This document shows, in pieces, positions 31,253 through 32,192 of a stretch of DNA of 32,192 nucleotides. This stretch comes from Atractiella rhizophila (Eukaryota): positions 1-32,192 of the forward strand of contig MU271687.1 of the NCBI GenBank assembly GCA_021432655.1, read 5' to 3'. Under the pieces are notes generated by a model. The model ran no database searches, was not told where the DNA came from, and saw nothing but the letters and a program-made list of their open reading frames with translations. The translations under genes were made by a program, and so were the position numbers. Positions within the stretch are counted from its first letter, which is position 1. Each line of letters opens with the position of its first letter.

Positions 31253-32192
31253 ATGCTCGACGAAAGTACAACATTGGTGGATACATCTGCCGCTACCCCT
31301 GAAGACAGTCATAAAAACATCTCACTCACTCCATCAGGAGAAGAGGGGGATGCGACGGAAAAGAGCGAATACGCAGGCGCCGAGTCGAAAATTCTGACTG
31401 GTGTTCAGCTTTGGGTTTGTTTAGACTCATTCCACCAATCGAATAGGCTACTTATCATTTCAGTCTGAATAGATCGTTTATTTTTCTCTGCTCTTCGCTA
31501 TTCTCCTTGTGGCACTTGATCAAACAATCCTCGCGCCTGCTCTTCCGGTTATCGTTTCTAAGTTCAACGCCTTGGACAAGATCGGATGGGTTTCGTCTGC
31601 CTACTTTTTGTACGTCCTCCTTCTTCCTCTTTCAGTAAATTCGGTGACGTTTCCGTTTCACAAATAGAACTCAGGTTTGTCATTTGGCTCTTTAGACATG
31701 GACGAAACGAGACGAAGGATGCAGTGTGGTCTTATGCTGTTCTTTGGCACGGTGTTGAATGTTTGCGACCGTAAATGGATCTTTATCACTTCGGTCATTA
31801 TTTTCGAAGTCGGATCACTACTTTGCGCAGTGTCTGGCTCTGTCGAGGTTCGTCTTTTCATCATCTTTGATTTTGCTCTCCCTTGGTCAAGGAGATAACA
31901 TTTGTGTAGCTCTTGATCTTTGGACGAGCAGTAGCTGGTGTGGGAGCATCAGGTATGCGTACTCGACACCTCCGTATTCAAGTCTAAACTCTATAGCGAT
32001 TTATGTTTCCATTATATCTATCCTCACGGAAATTACGACTCTGGAGCAGCGACCAGTGTTCTTCGGTACGTCCCCATCGAAATACTCTAGCCCTCTAATC
32101 ACCTTGATGCAGGCGGATTCGGAGGAGTATTTGGGTAAATGCTCCTTTTCGAGTCAACGTGCATCTCTCTGACATATGAGGACCTTCAAGAT
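31253..32192 (+). CDS. MFS drug:H+ antiporter (DHA2, 14-TM type), 5' partial
   Basis: LLVALDQTILAPALPVIVSKF, IGWVSSAYFL|TQ, DRKWIF, IFEVGSLLCAVS, LIFGRAVAGVGAS, EITTLEQRP. Includes a 7-nt microexon at 31668-31674. Continues past the window end. Confidence 0.93.

Overview
Eukaryotic, intron-rich fungal DNA with mostly 47-65 nt GT-AG introns and CTRAY branch points. Gene content and intron style suggest a basidiomycete, possibly Pucciniomycotina (inference). The ORF track breaks the genes up, so I rebuilt spliced models by hand. In order: the 5' end of an unknown gene (-), a DUF7918-like protein (+), a GH27 alpha-galactosidase (-), a D-2-hydroxyacid dehydrogenase (+), an orphan helical protein (+), a GH5_5 endoglucanase (+), an F-box/LRR-like protein (-), a RimJ/RimL-type GNAT acetyltransferase (-), a WW-domain Gly/Tyr-rich protein (-), 40S ribosomal protein eS4/RPS4 (+), a large disordered protein (+), a second F-box protein (-), Ras1 (-) and the 5' part of a DHA2-type MFS transporter (+). 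I found no convincing tRNA, rRNA, CRISPR array or intact transposon. The most unusual part is the WW/RPS4 head-to-head locus. It has a 747-nt intron that splits the WW domain and contains extra splice signals and long in-register ORFs on both strands, a 148-bp shared promoter with Homol-D-like and telo-box-like motifs, and an RPS4 with a 5-residue insertion in its conserved N-terminus. Other points of note are a CT (not GT) donor next to a 7-nt microexon in the GNAT gene, a structured long Ras1 intron with a cryptic acceptor, and a stray copy of the dehydrogenase 3' end. None of these is a demonstrated new system; all need RNA-seq or comparative checks.
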